DNA from: a virus
Taxonomy: Duplodnaviria; Caudoviricetes
Virus record (IMG/VR): IMGVR_UViG_3300031419_000378
Coordinates: 1 to 64,000 of that record
Direction: 5' to 3' (one strand)
Length of the DNA: 64,000 nt
Shown here piece after piece: positions 9,044 to 18,110 of the stretch (positions are counted from its first letter, which is position 1; every line of letters begins with the position of its first letter). The position numbers and the translations under genes are program-made. The notes below the pieces were generated by a model. It was given only the letters and a program-made list of their open reading frames with translations, was not told the origin of the DNA and did not search any database.

Positions 9044-9446
9044 GGAGTGGGCCGCTGAGATCGGCTGGAAAAACGTAGCTGCGCAGATCGCTGAACACCA
9101 TGCTGATTTTCGAAAATCAGCACGTACTGTTGCGGGGTTACACAACGTGGAACAAACGATTAAGCGAGCGTTTCGTGGCAAGACCGCTTACTACCAGCGA
9201 AAGGCCAAAGAGTTAATGCCCTGTGTTCTGGCGGCTCTGCCGGTGCAAAGGCGGTATCAACTCGAATCACCGGATGATCCCGTTTTATTAGCAACATTTG
9301 CTGCTAAAGAAAGCGTTGAAGCGGTTAATGCCATTCTTCTTCGCGCCGCCCCAGCCATTGCATTGAAAGAACTAAACGAAGCTATATCCGCGTTTGTTGC
9401 CATCAAAACGGTCATAGAACCGCTTTGTGGTGTTGCAACGCGATGA
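9006..9446 (+). CDS. YdaT/CII-like regulator
   Basis: Position after cro; I.H.EV...L..WAAE.G and Q.IKR.F..AL..LP pattern of the YdaT family. Confidence 0.65.
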   Translation: MKINHREVKQELEEWAAEIGWKNVAAQIAEHHADFRKSARTVAGLHNVEQTIKRAFRGKTAYYQRKAKELMPCVLAALPVQRRYQLESPDDPVLLATFAAKESVEAVNAILLRAAPAIALKELNEAISAFVAIKTVIEPLCGVATR

Positions 9447-9462
9447 TTAAACCGGGGAAGTT

Positions 9463-10335
9463 ATGCGTGATTACGCAACCGTATCACCTCAATTTTGGTT
9501 GGGGAAAACAGGTCGTGAGTTAAGAAATGCGGGAGCGGAGGCGCAGGTGGTGGCGTTTTATTTAATGACGTCACCTCACGCCAATATGTTAGGTCTGTAT
9601 TACCTGCCAGTACTCTATCTTGCACATGAAACAGGATTGGGCTTAGAAGGGGCTTCGAAGGGGCTTAAAAGGGCCATCGAAGCGGGGTTTTGTAGCTATG
9701 ACGAGCAATCCGAGATGGTCTGGGTGCATGAAATGGCAGCGTATCAGGTAGGGCGCTCCCTCAAGCCTGGTGATAACCGTTGTGCCGGAGTGCGCAATGA
9801 GTATGCATCCCTGCCGGAGAACCCCTTTCTGCCTGACTTTTTTGCCCGTTATCAGGATGATTTTCACATTGTTATTAAGCGCGAAAGTGAAAGGGGGTTT
9901 AAAGGGGCTTCTAAGGGGCTTACAAGCCAAGATCAGGATCAGGAACAAGATCAGGAACAAAATAAAAATAAGTCCGATTCAAAAAATGCACCGAATCGAA
10001 CCGACGATGATCCATCGGATGAAATCCAGCTGGCATTCGAAAAAATATTTTGGCCTGCCGGACTCAGGAAGATCGCGAAGGTCAAAGCGCTGCCCGCGTT
10101 TGAAAAAAAGTACCGGGTCTGGAAAAAATTTAACAACGGTCCGCCTGATGCTTTTGCCAGGATGCTGGCTGACGATATTCAGCTGCGACTCAGTACCAAA
10201 GTTTTTGGGTTCGACAAGTTGCTGCCAGCCTCGTATCTCAATGGCGAGCGTTGGAACGACGAACGGCCAGGTAGTGACTCCATGGCTTCAGAGAGCATGG
10301 ATTACGACATCCCGGATGGGTTCCGGGGAGGATGA
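9463..10335 (+). CDS. Phage replication initiator (O-like)
   Basis: MRDYATVSPQFW..YLMTSPHANMLGLYYLP winged-helix N-terminus; internal iterons; C-terminal FEK.FW..G.RK..K..A...ASYLNGERWNDE. Confidence 0.85.
   Translation: MRDYATVSPQFWLGKTGRELRNAGAEAQVVAFYLMTSPHANMLGLYYLPVLYLAHETGLGLEGASKGLKRAIEAGFCSYDEQSEMVWVHEMAAYQVGRSLKPGDNRCAGVRNEYASLPENPFLPDFFARYQDDFHIVIKRESERGFKGASKGLTSQDQDQEQDQEQNKNKSDSKNAPNRTDDDPSDEIQLAFEKIFWPAGLRKIAKVKALPAFEKKYRVWKKFNNGPPDAFARMLADDIQLRLSTKVFGFDKLLPASYLNGERWNDERPGSDSMASESMDYDIPDGFRGG
9647..9960 (+). repeat. Iteron-like AAGGGGCTT repeats in two clusters plus GATCAGGA repeats (probable phage ori)
   Basis: AAGGGGCTT at 9647, 9658, 9902, 9913 (variant at 9891); GATCAGGA(T/A)CA repeats in 9931-9960. 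Confidence 0.6.
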
Positions 10336-10365
10336 ACCGGCGATAACCCGCAGCGTGCTCAGGAA

Positions 10366-10776
10366 GTGCGTTTCGAAATACTCAGGAGAAATTTTATGAA
10401 ATCAGGAGTTCGAATTTTAGGTGCTCAGCTGGCTGAACTCATTGTTGGTCAGACCCTCACCGTACCGGAAATGCACGCTATCGTGGGCAGGAAATATCCC
10501 GGATACGAGGCATCAAGCCTGTGGGTGGCGCTGAAAACCATTAAAGACTCGGTGAACTGTAATCTCGAACTAACCATGAAAAACCGGCACCGTGCGTACC
10601 GTCTCAAAAGTGTTAGCCCAAAATTTTATGGACACTCTCAGCGAATTCAGGGGCGCAATGAGAAAAAAAGCAAACCCTGCCGCAGTTATTTCACCAGCGA
10701 TGAATTTAAGTCTCTCGAACTAGTCGATGAGTTTAATCAGCTGATCAGCAGTGTGAGGACATCAACCACATCGTAA
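10366..10776 (+). CDS. Phage hypothetical protein
   Basis: ORF after the replication gene; probable ATG at 10397 with AGGAG RBS. Confidence 0.55.
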   Translation: MRFEILRRNFMKSGVRILGAQLAELIVGQTLTVPEMHAIVGRKYPGYEASSLWVALKTIKDSVNCNLELTMKNRHRAYRLKSVSPKFYGHSQRIQGRNEKKSKPCRSYFTSDEFKSLELVDEFNQLISSVRTSTTS

Positions 10777-11041
10777 TATTAATATTCCAGTTTGGCATCC
10801 GACATAAAAAATTATTTAAATAAAGTGATTTAATTTGTAAGTTATTTCAGGAGTATAAGTTTGAGTTATGGCGGCGCGTTTAATATTCATTTAAAATTCT
10901 TACCTCAAAAGTACTACGCAAACAGAATGGTCAAATTTTATTCTATTTTAACAATTGTGTTAACGAATTCTTGAGAGTTAAATACTCCGGCGCAACAAGG
11001 ATGTATCTGTATGGGATTTAATTTTTAAGCGAGATTGTTAA

Positions 11042-11239
11042 ATGTTTATTCCTGACGAAAAAATTCCTGGGATTGATCAGTATGAGCGTCCTGTTGTGAT
11101 TTTTAGAAACCGCGAAGGCAATTTCCTGAGTGGATTTGTGCTGGCTGCCGATGAGTTCGTTACCAGTTTCAGTTCGTTTAAAGAGCGTTGTGAGGCAATG
11201 GGGATTTACCTTGTTGATGGGTGCGGTGAGCGTTTATAA
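11042..11239 (+). CDS. Phage hypothetical protein
   Basis: 65-aa ORF after an AT-rich intergenic region. Confidence 0.5.
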   Translation: MFIPDEKIPGIDQYERPVVIFRNREGNFLSGFVLAADEFVTSFSSFKERCEAMGIYLVDGCGERL

Positions 11240-11275
11240 TCTCCACAGGCCTGAACAGCCTACTGAGAAATCGCT

Positions 11276-11893
11276 GTGCCACAGGAATCATTTATGGCAC
11301 GCATACATTTTGTAAAAAACGGTCCTTCATCGCTGGCCCCGGCGACACCGGAAGACGGCGAATTTTTGCAGCGCATCAAAATTGGCGAGTGGATTCATGC
11401 TGAATTCAGGCGCGTTCGCAATTATAAATTTCACAAAAAACTCTTCGCACTACTGCAACTCGGATTCGACTACTGGACGCCAGTAGGGGGGCTGATTAAG
11501 CCGGAAGAGCATCAACTCATTAGCGGGTTTATTAACTACCTTTGCGAAAGTGTCGGGCAGAGTCACAGCTCGCCGCTTTCTGATGCCGCTGAGCAATATC
11601 TGGCAGATACCGGACATACTCGCTCGCATGATATTGCCCTGCTGAAATCGTTCGAGGCATTCCGGGAATGGGTAACGATTCAGGCGGGTTACTACACAGA
11701 ACATGTATATCCTGACGGCAGCAGTAATCGCCGCGCAAAATCTATTTCATTCGCCAGCATGGATGAAATTGAATTTGCCCAGCTATATAAATCCGTGCTC
11801 AACGTTTTATGGAATTATATTTTATTTCGTAAATTCAGTTCCCCTGTCGAAGTCGAAAATATTGCGGCGCAGCTCATGGAGTTTGCCGCATGA
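11276..11893 (+). CDS. DUF1367-family (nin-region) protein
   Basis: RVRNYKFHKKLFALLQLGFDYWTP..KSISFASMDEIEF..LYK.VLNVLW. Confidence 0.8.
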   Translation: MPQESFMARIHFVKNGPSSLAPATPEDGEFLQRIKIGEWIHAEFRRVRNYKFHKKLFALLQLGFDYWTPVGGLIKPEEHQLISGFINYLCESVGQSHSSPLSDAAEQYLADTGHTRSHDIALLKSFEAFREWVTIQAGYYTEHVYPDGSSNRRAKSISFASMDEIEFAQLYKSVLNVLWNYILFRKFSSPVEVENIAAQLMEFAA

Positions 11894-12183
11894 AAAAAAA
11901 TCTACGCAAAGCGGCACGTGGGCGCGAATGCACAATTCGCATTCCAGGCGTATGCAGTTTTAATCCTGAGACCAGCGTGCTGGCCCATTATCGCCTAAGC
12001 GGTTTGTGCGGCACAGGTATCAAACCCAGTGATCTGACCGGTGCAATTGGCTGTGACAACTGCCACGCAGCTGTAGATGGCCGTCTGAAAACTGAATACA
12101 GCTATGAGGAACTGCGTCTGATGCACGCGGAGGGCGTACTGCGCACGCTCGATATCTGGGAACGTGAGGGCTTTATTTCATGA
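11890..12183 (+). CDS. DUF1364/YbcO-family Zn-binding putative nuclease
   Basis: LRKAARGRECTIRIPGVC..NPETSVLAHYR..CGTGIKP.D...CDNCH. Confidence 0.85.
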   Translation: MKKNLRKAARGRECTIRIPGVCSFNPETSVLAHYRLSGLCGTGIKPSDLTGAIGCDNCHAAVDGRLKTEYSYEELRLMHAEGVLRTLDIWEREGFIS

Positions 12184-12854
12184 GGGCGCAGGATTTGGAA
12201 TACGCGCGCACCGAGCTGAGGCGCGCGCTGGTTGATTATTCAGGAAAGACGAAAGGGCAACTGGAGGCATTAAGCGAGAATCCTCCAGCTGAAAAATCCC
12301 GCCTCACTCGTAAACCCATTCACACCGTTGAACTGAATGACGGGAAGGGCGGCAAAAGGAAAGTAAGGGCTGAGAATACTGCTGTGTACGCTTTAGAGAC
12401 GCGCAGCAGGCGCAGGCCACTGCCACCTATAAGTGATGAAGATTTCGCAGCGTCACCGTGGCGCCGCGCCGTTAATCAGCTTTCAGAGCATGAGCAGTCG
12501 TGGCTACGTTATTGCTATGGATATGATCTGGATTTCCGCCACCAGATTACCCTGTGCGAATACGTGTGGCGGGAGTTCCAGCAATGCCTCCCGCCAGGGT
12601 TAATCCGGAAAACGCAGCAGCGGCTTTCTTCGCTCGTTTGGGTGGCAGTGCAGGAGATTGCGTGCTCGCAGTCGAACAGCGCATTTAAGGAGTATGCCGG
12701 TGCGTTGTTGGCCTCACGGCTGGGCGTATCACGATCAACCTGGAGCCGTATTTATGCCACGCATTGGCAGGCACTAAAAACGCTCGTTTGGTCGTTGGAT
12801 GAAAGGGCACTCAATACCGCCCTCGAGAAATACATTGTATCGCTGGAGGGTTAA
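12180..12854 (+). CDS. Q: Late-gene antiterminator Q
   Basis: DLEY.R.EL.RAL...SG.TKGQLEA..SRRRPLPPI.D..F...WRRAV..L...Q.WLRYCYG; position before lysis genes. Confidence 0.8.
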   Translation: MRAQDLEYARTELRRALVDYSGKTKGQLEALSENPPAEKSRLTRKPIHTVELNDGKGGKRKVRAENTAVYALETRSRRRPLPPISDEDFAASPWRRAVNQLSEHEQSWLRYCYGYDLDFRHQITLCEYVWREFQQCLPPGLIRKTQQRLSSLVWVAVQEIACSQSNSAFKEYAGALLASRLGVSRSTWSRIYATHWQALKTLVWSLDERALNTALEKYIVSLEG

Positions 12855-12946
12855 ATCAAAGGGGCTTTATAGCCCCTTCATTTCTATCATAGCGGTTAAG
12901 CTTGCTATGGCAGGTGTTTAGTACCTCGCAAGACCTGTAAATGCAC

Positions 12947-12986
12947 TTGCAAACTGCAACAAAAAGAGCCATATTTAGCTCATATT
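12947..12986 (+). promoter_or_regulatory. pR'-like late promoter with repeated -10-like element
   Basis: TTGCAA (12947)-17 bp-CATATT (12970); second CATATT at 12981, where a sigma-dependent pause element is expected. Confidence 0.5.
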
Positions 12987-13149
12987 TTATATCATGCCGC
13001 TATTGTTTATATAGCCAATGTAATACGCCATTGAACAGATTTTTTGTTTACTTTGATTCATTCTCTAATTGATAGCTAATGGCTTACAGTCAATACCAGC
13101 CTTTTTTAAAAAAGCATGAAGGTAGTACTCATCTTTTCACGGAAGAAGC

Positions 13150-13524
13150 ATGAAATACATTTGTACTTTTTTTATTCTGTTAACTGCGTCATCTCATGCC
13201 GTAGCAACCAATCCGCAGCAGTCAGCTGAAGATTTATGTGAGATGGAATGGCGTATAACGGATAGAGCCGGTTCAACCGATACGGATGTATTTGAAATCG
13301 TATATGGTGAACTTACTGCTTTTAATGCAGCTGGGCATTCATTGTCTGACTATTCGATAGATAAGGCTGACTTTGTGAAAGTATCCACTGAGGGTGCCAA
13401 GAGCTTCAGGAAAATGGTGGGTGAGATGACTACTCCCTATGATGAAGCCAGAAGCTTTTTTAAAGACAGAATGACACCCATTTGCATCAAAAATGTTTTG
13501 AAGACCCTGAACAAGGGCCATTAA
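13150..13524 (+). CDS. Secreted hypothetical protein (moron between Q and lysis genes)
   Basis: Signal peptide MKYICTFFILLTASSHAVA; followed by a terminator. Confidence 0.65.
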   Translation: MKYICTFFILLTASSHAVATNPQQSAEDLCEMEWRITDRAGSTDTDVFEIVYGELTAFNAAGHSLSDYSIDKADFVKVSTEGAKSFRKMVGEMTTPYDEARSFFKDRMTPICIKNVLKTLNKGH

Positions 13525-13547
13525 CATTTAACCGATTTACCAGATTT

Positions 13548-13572
13548 AGGCTCGCTACGGCGGGCCTTTTTT
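13548..13572 (+). terminator. Intrinsic terminator
   Basis: AGGCTCGC-tacg-GCGGGCCT followed by a T-run. Confidence 0.7.
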
Positions 13573-13607
13573 GTATCTAAAGCACTCTAAAAACAGAGGG
13601 AGAAATA

Positions 13608-13997
13608 ATGGCTGAGCCATTGAGCACCAGCGCTACTGTGGGAACGGTAGCTGGCTGGGGCATTGTCACGTCTGCTCTGGTGGGATTCATCACCTCTGTA
13701 GATTACTCAATCGCGTTCGGTGCGTTTGCTGGGTCGATGTGCTTTATCGTCACTGCCAGCGACCTGACGCGCCGCCAGATATTCGGTTATTTCCTGTTTG
13801 GTTACGCGGCTGGCATTTTCGGTGCAGGTTTTTTCGCTGACAAAATTGAGGACTATCTGGATTACCGCGAAAAACCGCTCGATGCTCTGTCAGCCGTAAT
13901 CATTTCCGCTGCTGCTGTGCAAGGCTATTTCTGGCTGAAAAACGGCGGCATTTCAAAACTGCCGTTCGTCAAAAAATGGATGGGGGAACAATCATGA
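13608..13997 (+). CDS. Putative holin
   Basis: Several hydrophobic helices, basic C-terminus, first gene of lysis cassette. Confidence 0.7.
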   Translation: MAEPLSTSATVGTVAGWGIVTSALVGFITSVDYSIAFGAFAGSMCFIVTASDLTRRQIFGYFLFGYAAGIFGAGFFADKIEDYLDYREKPLDALSAVIISAAAVQGYFWLKNGGISKLPFVKKWMGEQS

Positions 13998-14290
13998 TTA
14001 GCCACGATCTCCTGACGGTAATTGATGTCGCCATTTGTGCAGCTATTGCTCTGCGTCTGATGCTGTTCAGTAAAACGGGCAGAACGCATAAACCGGGTAT
14101 CTCGTGGATTGCTGCTGGACTGATTCTGTTTTACGGCAACTTTGGACTGCTCTGGTTATTCGGTCATTACCACGCCAGCGGCTGGCCGGTGGTTTTAGCG
14201 AACGCGCTCATATGTATCGCGGTGTTTGCGGCGCGTGGAAACGTTGCGCGCATTGTTTCTTACCCACTGGAGGGAAGTAGTAAAAAATGA
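13994..14290 (+). CDS. Second holin-family membrane protein
   Basis: Three TM segments (AICAAIALRLMLF; WIAAGLILFYG; LANALICIAVFAARGNVA); ATGA overlap. Confidence 0.7.
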   Translation: MISHDLLTVIDVAICAAIALRLMLFSKTGRTHKPGISWIAAGLILFYGNFGLLWLFGHYHASGWPVVLANALICIAVFAARGNVARIVSYPLEGSSKK

Positions 14291-14709
14291 CAGGTAATAA
14301 AAAACCACGCGGCATCCGTAACAACAATCCTGGAAACATTCGCTGGGGCGATGAGTGGCAGGGGTTGGTACCAAAATCCCAGCGCACTGATAAATCTTTC
14401 TGCCAGTTCATCTCACCAGAATATGGTATCCGCGCTATGATCGTCATCCTGCGCAATTATCAAAATAAATACGGGCTGCGCACGGTCACCGGCATGATCA
14501 AGCGCTGGGCGCCACCTAACGAGAACAATACGCAGGCATACATCAATAGTGTGGCGCAGGCTACAAGTACTGGAGCGAATCAGCCGATTGATCTGACCGA
14601 CAGCCGTAAACTGTTTCAGTTACTGCAGGCCATCATCCAACACGAAAACGGCTCCCAACCTTACGGATTCGATGTTTTCGTTAGCGCTCTCGATCTGGCT
14701 GGCCCGTGA
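14287..14709 (+). CDS. Putative endolysin (GIRNNNPGNI lysozyme-like family)
   Basis: PRGIRNNNPGNIR..F..PEYGIRA..RWAPP.ENNT.AY..AII.HENG; between holins and spanins. Confidence 0.75.
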   Translation: MTGNKKPRGIRNNNPGNIRWGDEWQGLVPKSQRTDKSFCQFISPEYGIRAMIVILRNYQNKYGLRTVTGMIKRWAPPNENNTQAYINSVAQATSTGANQPIDLTDSRKLFQLLQAIIQHENGSQPYGFDVFVSALDLAGP

Positions 14710-14723
14710 TAGGTGCAGAACCA

Positions 14724-15179
14724 ATGAGTAGATACTATCTGCCGATAGTCCTTATAGCTGTCATTCTGGTGCTTGGTTGGGCTGCTAACCACTATTACGA
14801 TAAAGCTGTAGCTTGGAGAACAGTTGCAAAGCATGCGCAGGAAGTGACTAGGCAGCAGGCGGCCACTATCACCGATATGAAGACGCGCCAGCGCAACGTT
14901 GCGGAACTTGATAAGAAATATACAAAGGAGATAGCAGATGCTAAAGCTAGGCTGGATGTTTTTCAGCAGTGCGTTAATTCTGGTAATTGTGGGCTGCGTG
15001 TCAAAGCCACCTGTCCAAAAGGCACCGCCGCCAGCACCACCAGCATGGATGATGCAGCCGCCGCCAGACTTACTGACGCCGCTCAGCGGGATTATTTCAT
15101 CCTGAGGGGGCGAATAATAACTAGCCAAAACATGATTATAGGTCTGCAGCAGTACATCAAAGGGCAATGTCAAAACTGA
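14724..15179 (+). CDS. Rz: Rz-like i-spanin
   Basis: N-terminal TM, coiled coil, LD.KYTKE.ADAK, C...AA.ARL..AAQRDYF.LR..I. Confidence 0.85.
   Translation: MSRYYLPIVLIAVILVLGWAANHYYDKAVAWRTVAKHAQEVTRQQAATITDMKTRQRNVAELDKKYTKEIADAKARLDVFQQCVNSGNCGLRVKATCPKGTAASTTSMDDAAAARLTDAAQRDYFILRGRIITSQNMIIGLQQYIKGQCQN
14938..15105 (+). CDS. Rz1: Rz1-like o-spanin lipoprotein nested in Rz (alternate frame; missing from ORF track)
   Basis: MLKLGWMFFSSALILVIVGC lipobox then Pro-rich PPPAPPAWMMQPPPDLLTPLSGIISS, like lambda Rz1; AAGGAG RBS. Confidence 0.85.
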   Translation: MLKLGWMFFSSALILVIVGCVSKPPVQKAPPPAPPAWMMQPPPDLLTPLSGIISS

Positions 15180-15270
15180 AAACAAAATTTTTTGATCGCT
15201 TGGTAAAAACAATGGTTTTCTTATACTATGAATTTATACAAAAGGGCGGTTAAAACCGAAGTGCGAAGAT

Positions 15271-16413
15271 ATGGCTGATTTAGCTTACATAAATCCTAAC
15301 ATCATTACTTGGGCGCAGAATCGAGCTCGCGTTTCCGATGAGGATTTGTCTCGTGCAACGGGCGCTAAGATTGAGAAAGTTCTAAGTTGGATACATGGAG
15401 TTGACAAGCCTACTTTTTCTCAAGCACAAAAAGTGGCTGGGCGTCTATACATACCCTTCGCGTATCTTTTCTTACCGGAGCCACCACAAGAGGTTATTCC
15501 GTTGCCGGATTTACGCACTATGCGTAACAGAGGTATGCGTGAAAGCATCAGTGTGGATCTTAAGGACACTATTTTTACCGTTCTAAGGCGACAGGAATGG
15601 TATAAAGATTATCTTCAAGATCAGGATGCCTCTCCTCTTGAATTTATAGGCTCTATAGATATGCAACACGATCCTAAAATTGTTGCAACTCAAATTAAAA
15701 ATCATCTTGGATTAAATGCTATTGACCCATCTGGAATGAGTTGGGAAGAGTATCAGAGGACAATAATAAACGCCGCAGAAGCCGCTGGAATCCTTGTAAT
15801 GAGAAGCGGAATAGTTGATAACAACACACATAGACCATTAGATATCAATGAGTTTCGTGGCTTTGCTATTAGTGATCCAGTTGCACCTATCGTCTTCATT
15901 AATTTGAAGGATGCTCCTTCTGCGCGCTTGTTTACTTTGATACACGAGTTGGTACATTTATGGATTGGTCAAAGTGGGATCTCTACTGCCAGTGCCAATG
16001 AGGAATTGCTTGTTGAAAGATTTTGCAACCAAGTTGCCGGAGAATTCCTTGCCCCTGAAACAGATGTATTGAGATTGTGGGATGACCGAAAAGACTTAGA
16101 TGTTAATGTTGCAAACCTTGCTAGGCATTTCCATGTTAGTCGTTATGTTATCATCCGTAGGGCATATGACTTAAAACTAGTTACATATGACAACTATCAA
16201 GATTACTATCGTGCTCTTATGAGACAATTTGATGAGGCCGAAGGTGGGGGAGGAAACTTTTATGCCACAGCACAAAATAAAAATAGCGCTAAATTTAGTA
16301 AAGCGTTACTTGACGAAGCTCTGAGTGGCAGGGTTTTATTGAGAGACGCTGGAAGATTGCTCGGGGTTTCCCCTGCCAAACTTAAGAAATTTGCAACGGA
16401 AATTGGTGCCTAA
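15271..16413 (+). CDS. XRE-HTH + ImmA/IrrE zinc metallopeptidase (COG2856-like)
   Basis: N-terminal HTH (LSRATG..VLSW..G..KPT..QA.K.A); HELVH (HEXXH) and E..CN..A.EFL.P motifs. Confidence 0.85.
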   Translation: MADLAYINPNIITWAQNRARVSDEDLSRATGAKIEKVLSWIHGVDKPTFSQAQKVAGRLYIPFAYLFLPEPPQEVIPLPDLRTMRNRGMRESISVDLKDTIFTVLRRQEWYKDYLQDQDASPLEFIGSIDMQHDPKIVATQIKNHLGLNAIDPSGMSWEEYQRTIINAAEAAGILVMRSGIVDNNTHRPLDINEFRGFAISDPVAPIVFINLKDAPSARLFTLIHELVHLWIGQSGISTASANEELLVERFCNQVAGEFLAPETDVLRLWDDRKDLDVNVANLARHFHVSRYVIIRRAYDLKLVTYDNYQDYYRALMRQFDEAEGGGGNFYATAQNKNSAKFSKALLDEALSGRVLLRDAGRLLGVSPAKLKKFATEIGA

Positions 16414-16913
16414 TGTATCTAATTGATGCGAACGTCTTTATTGAAGCCAAAAATAAATATTATCACATGACATTTTGTCCAGCCTTTTGGGACTGGCTTT
16501 TGCATGGCTGTGAAGGCGGCAGGCTATATAGCATTCAAAATATTTACCAAGAGCTTACAAATGGTAATGATGAACTCAAAACTTGGGCTCAATCCAATCG
16601 TCAGTTCTTTCTTGCGGTAAGTGATGCTCAGACCCAGCAAAATCTGGCCGCAATAGTGGCTTATATTGCTGAACAACAGAGAACGGCAGGTATGAGTGCC
16701 GGAGCTATGGATGAATTTCTTAGAGGCGCAGATACGTGGCTAATAGCTAAAGCTATGACAACTGGAGCTACAATAGTTACGCATGAGAGACTTAACCTGC
16801 AATGCAAACGTAAGTTTCTCATTCCTAACATTTGTAACCACTTTGGTGTGGCTTACACCGATACCTTTAGCCTACTTCTTGAATTGAATGCATCTTTTAT
16901 AATGGCTGCTTGA
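16413..16913 (+). CDS. DUF4411-family PIN-like protein
   Basis: YLIDANVFIEAK..YY....P.FW.WL..ADTWLIAKA......VTHE..IP.IC..FGV; coupled to upstream gene (TAATG). Confidence 0.85.
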   Translation: MYLIDANVFIEAKNKYYHMTFCPAFWDWLLHGCEGGRLYSIQNIYQELTNGNDELKTWAQSNRQFFLAVSDAQTQQNLAAIVAYIAEQQRTAGMSAGAMDEFLRGADTWLIAKAMTTGATIVTHERLNLQCKRKFLIPNICNHFGVAYTDTFSLLLELNASFIMAA

Positions 16914-16975
16914 AAAAGAATTTTCTCACTAATTCAAATAAAACCTCTTGCGGGTGTTTTTCTATTGGAGTAAAT

Positions 16976-17167
16976 ATGCCTCGTACCTGCCGCAACACAT
17001 TTACTGCCAAAGCGAGCGAAAATCACATTGGCATTATAATCCGGTCACAGCCTAAAATCGTTAATGGCATCATTGGTGTTGCTCAGGAGAATGGCGCTTG
17101 GGTATACCTCGCGCCTGGTGACGTGATTAATATTGAATGCGTGTCAGCAGCTTCTGAGAAAGCATAA
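16976..17167 (+). CDS. Phage hypothetical protein
   Basis: 63-aa ORF with GGAG RBS. Confidence 0.5.
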   Translation: MPRTCRNTFTAKASENHIGIIIRSQPKIVNGIIGVAQENGAWVYLAPGDVINIECVSAASEKA

Positions 17168-17325
17168 TGCTCAGGACCAGATACACAACGTCTGCATAAG
17201 CAATAGCCAGATCAATCAACTTAACAATCATAAGACCTCCGTAGTTTATTCAATCTACCGTTAATGGTGGTTGTTCTATTGTGAGGGTTATTCCCTTCCT
17301 AATAGTGATGAATTAAGTATTACTC

Positions 17326-17373
17326 ATGGCAAAACCTGATTGGGAGGCCACCGAGTCGGCTTATGGCGCTTAA
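17326..17373 (+). pseudogene. Relic 5' end of a terminase small subunit gene
   Basis: MAKPDWEATESAYGA* matches the recalled MAKPDWEAIE.AYR N-terminus of enterobacterial phage TerS; intact TerS at 21270 starts MSKPDW. Confidence 0.5.
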
Positions 17374-17632
17374 ATCCATCAGCAGGCTGGGCTATGATTT
17401 TTGAGTCAAGTGCCCGAGATGGCCGAGCGAGAGCTTCGACGGTACAAAGCGTGACATGAGCTACATCAGGCAGTGGTGCATGTGGCCGATACTGCATGAA
17501 CGCGGGTTCGAATCCCACCCTAATAAACAACCGCCTACGGGCGGTTTTTTTATTGAAGCATTGGATGATAGCCATCCTGAGGCTGAAGTTATTGGTGAAA
17601 GTAAACTATGAAGTTCACAAGGGTTTGATCCG

Positions 17633-18015
17633 ATGCAAACACTTTTAACAGCATTTTTGGTGTTGGTGTTGGTGTTGGTGTTGGTGTTGGTGTTGGTGTT
17701 GGTGTTGGTGTTGGTATTGGTTGGCCTGTTGGTGACAGCGTTCGGTCTGGGTCGAAGCATAGGCTAGAAAGTAGCTGAAGCCACAACAGTAGCGGAGGGG
17801 GCGGCTGTTCATGCTGAGGACTTAAAACATTGATGGGATGAAAAATCTGCAGAATATTTACGGCCAGCCTGATGCTGCTGTCTCTTATCGCTTGCATGAA
17901 CGGTGGCAGCGTAAGGGTGACTGATATCGGTTACCAATGGGTTAGGCCAATCTATCTTAGTGACCACGATTTTAACGGCATGAGCGCCACGAAACAGATG
18001 GCGACTCTGGCGTAA
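17633..18015 (+). pseudogene. Degraded second spanin pair (i-spanin/o-spanin relic)
   Basis: TM ORF ending LLVTAFGLGRSIG* (17633-17767); downstream frame SLMLLSLIACMNGGSVRVTDIGYQWVRPIYLSDHD resembles recalled o-spanins (..DT.C.WV.PIYL.DHD). Confidence 0.45.
17657..17722 (+). repeat. Hexanucleotide tandem repeat (TTGGTG)x9 plus two variant units
   Basis: Nine perfect copies 17657-17710, then TTGGTA and TTGGTT. Confidence 0.95.
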
Positions 18016-18110
18016 AAAAAACAGGCAGATGAATTGTCAAAAAGGGCATCTAGAGCAATAAAATTAATGAAAAAAAATTTATCATACCTCCGTAATAATT
18101 TGGAGGGTTT

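Noticed and set aside
17461-17897. Minus-strand ORFs with (TN)n and (PT)n tracts
   Set aside because: Other-frame readings of the TTGGTG repeat, antisense to the late transcript
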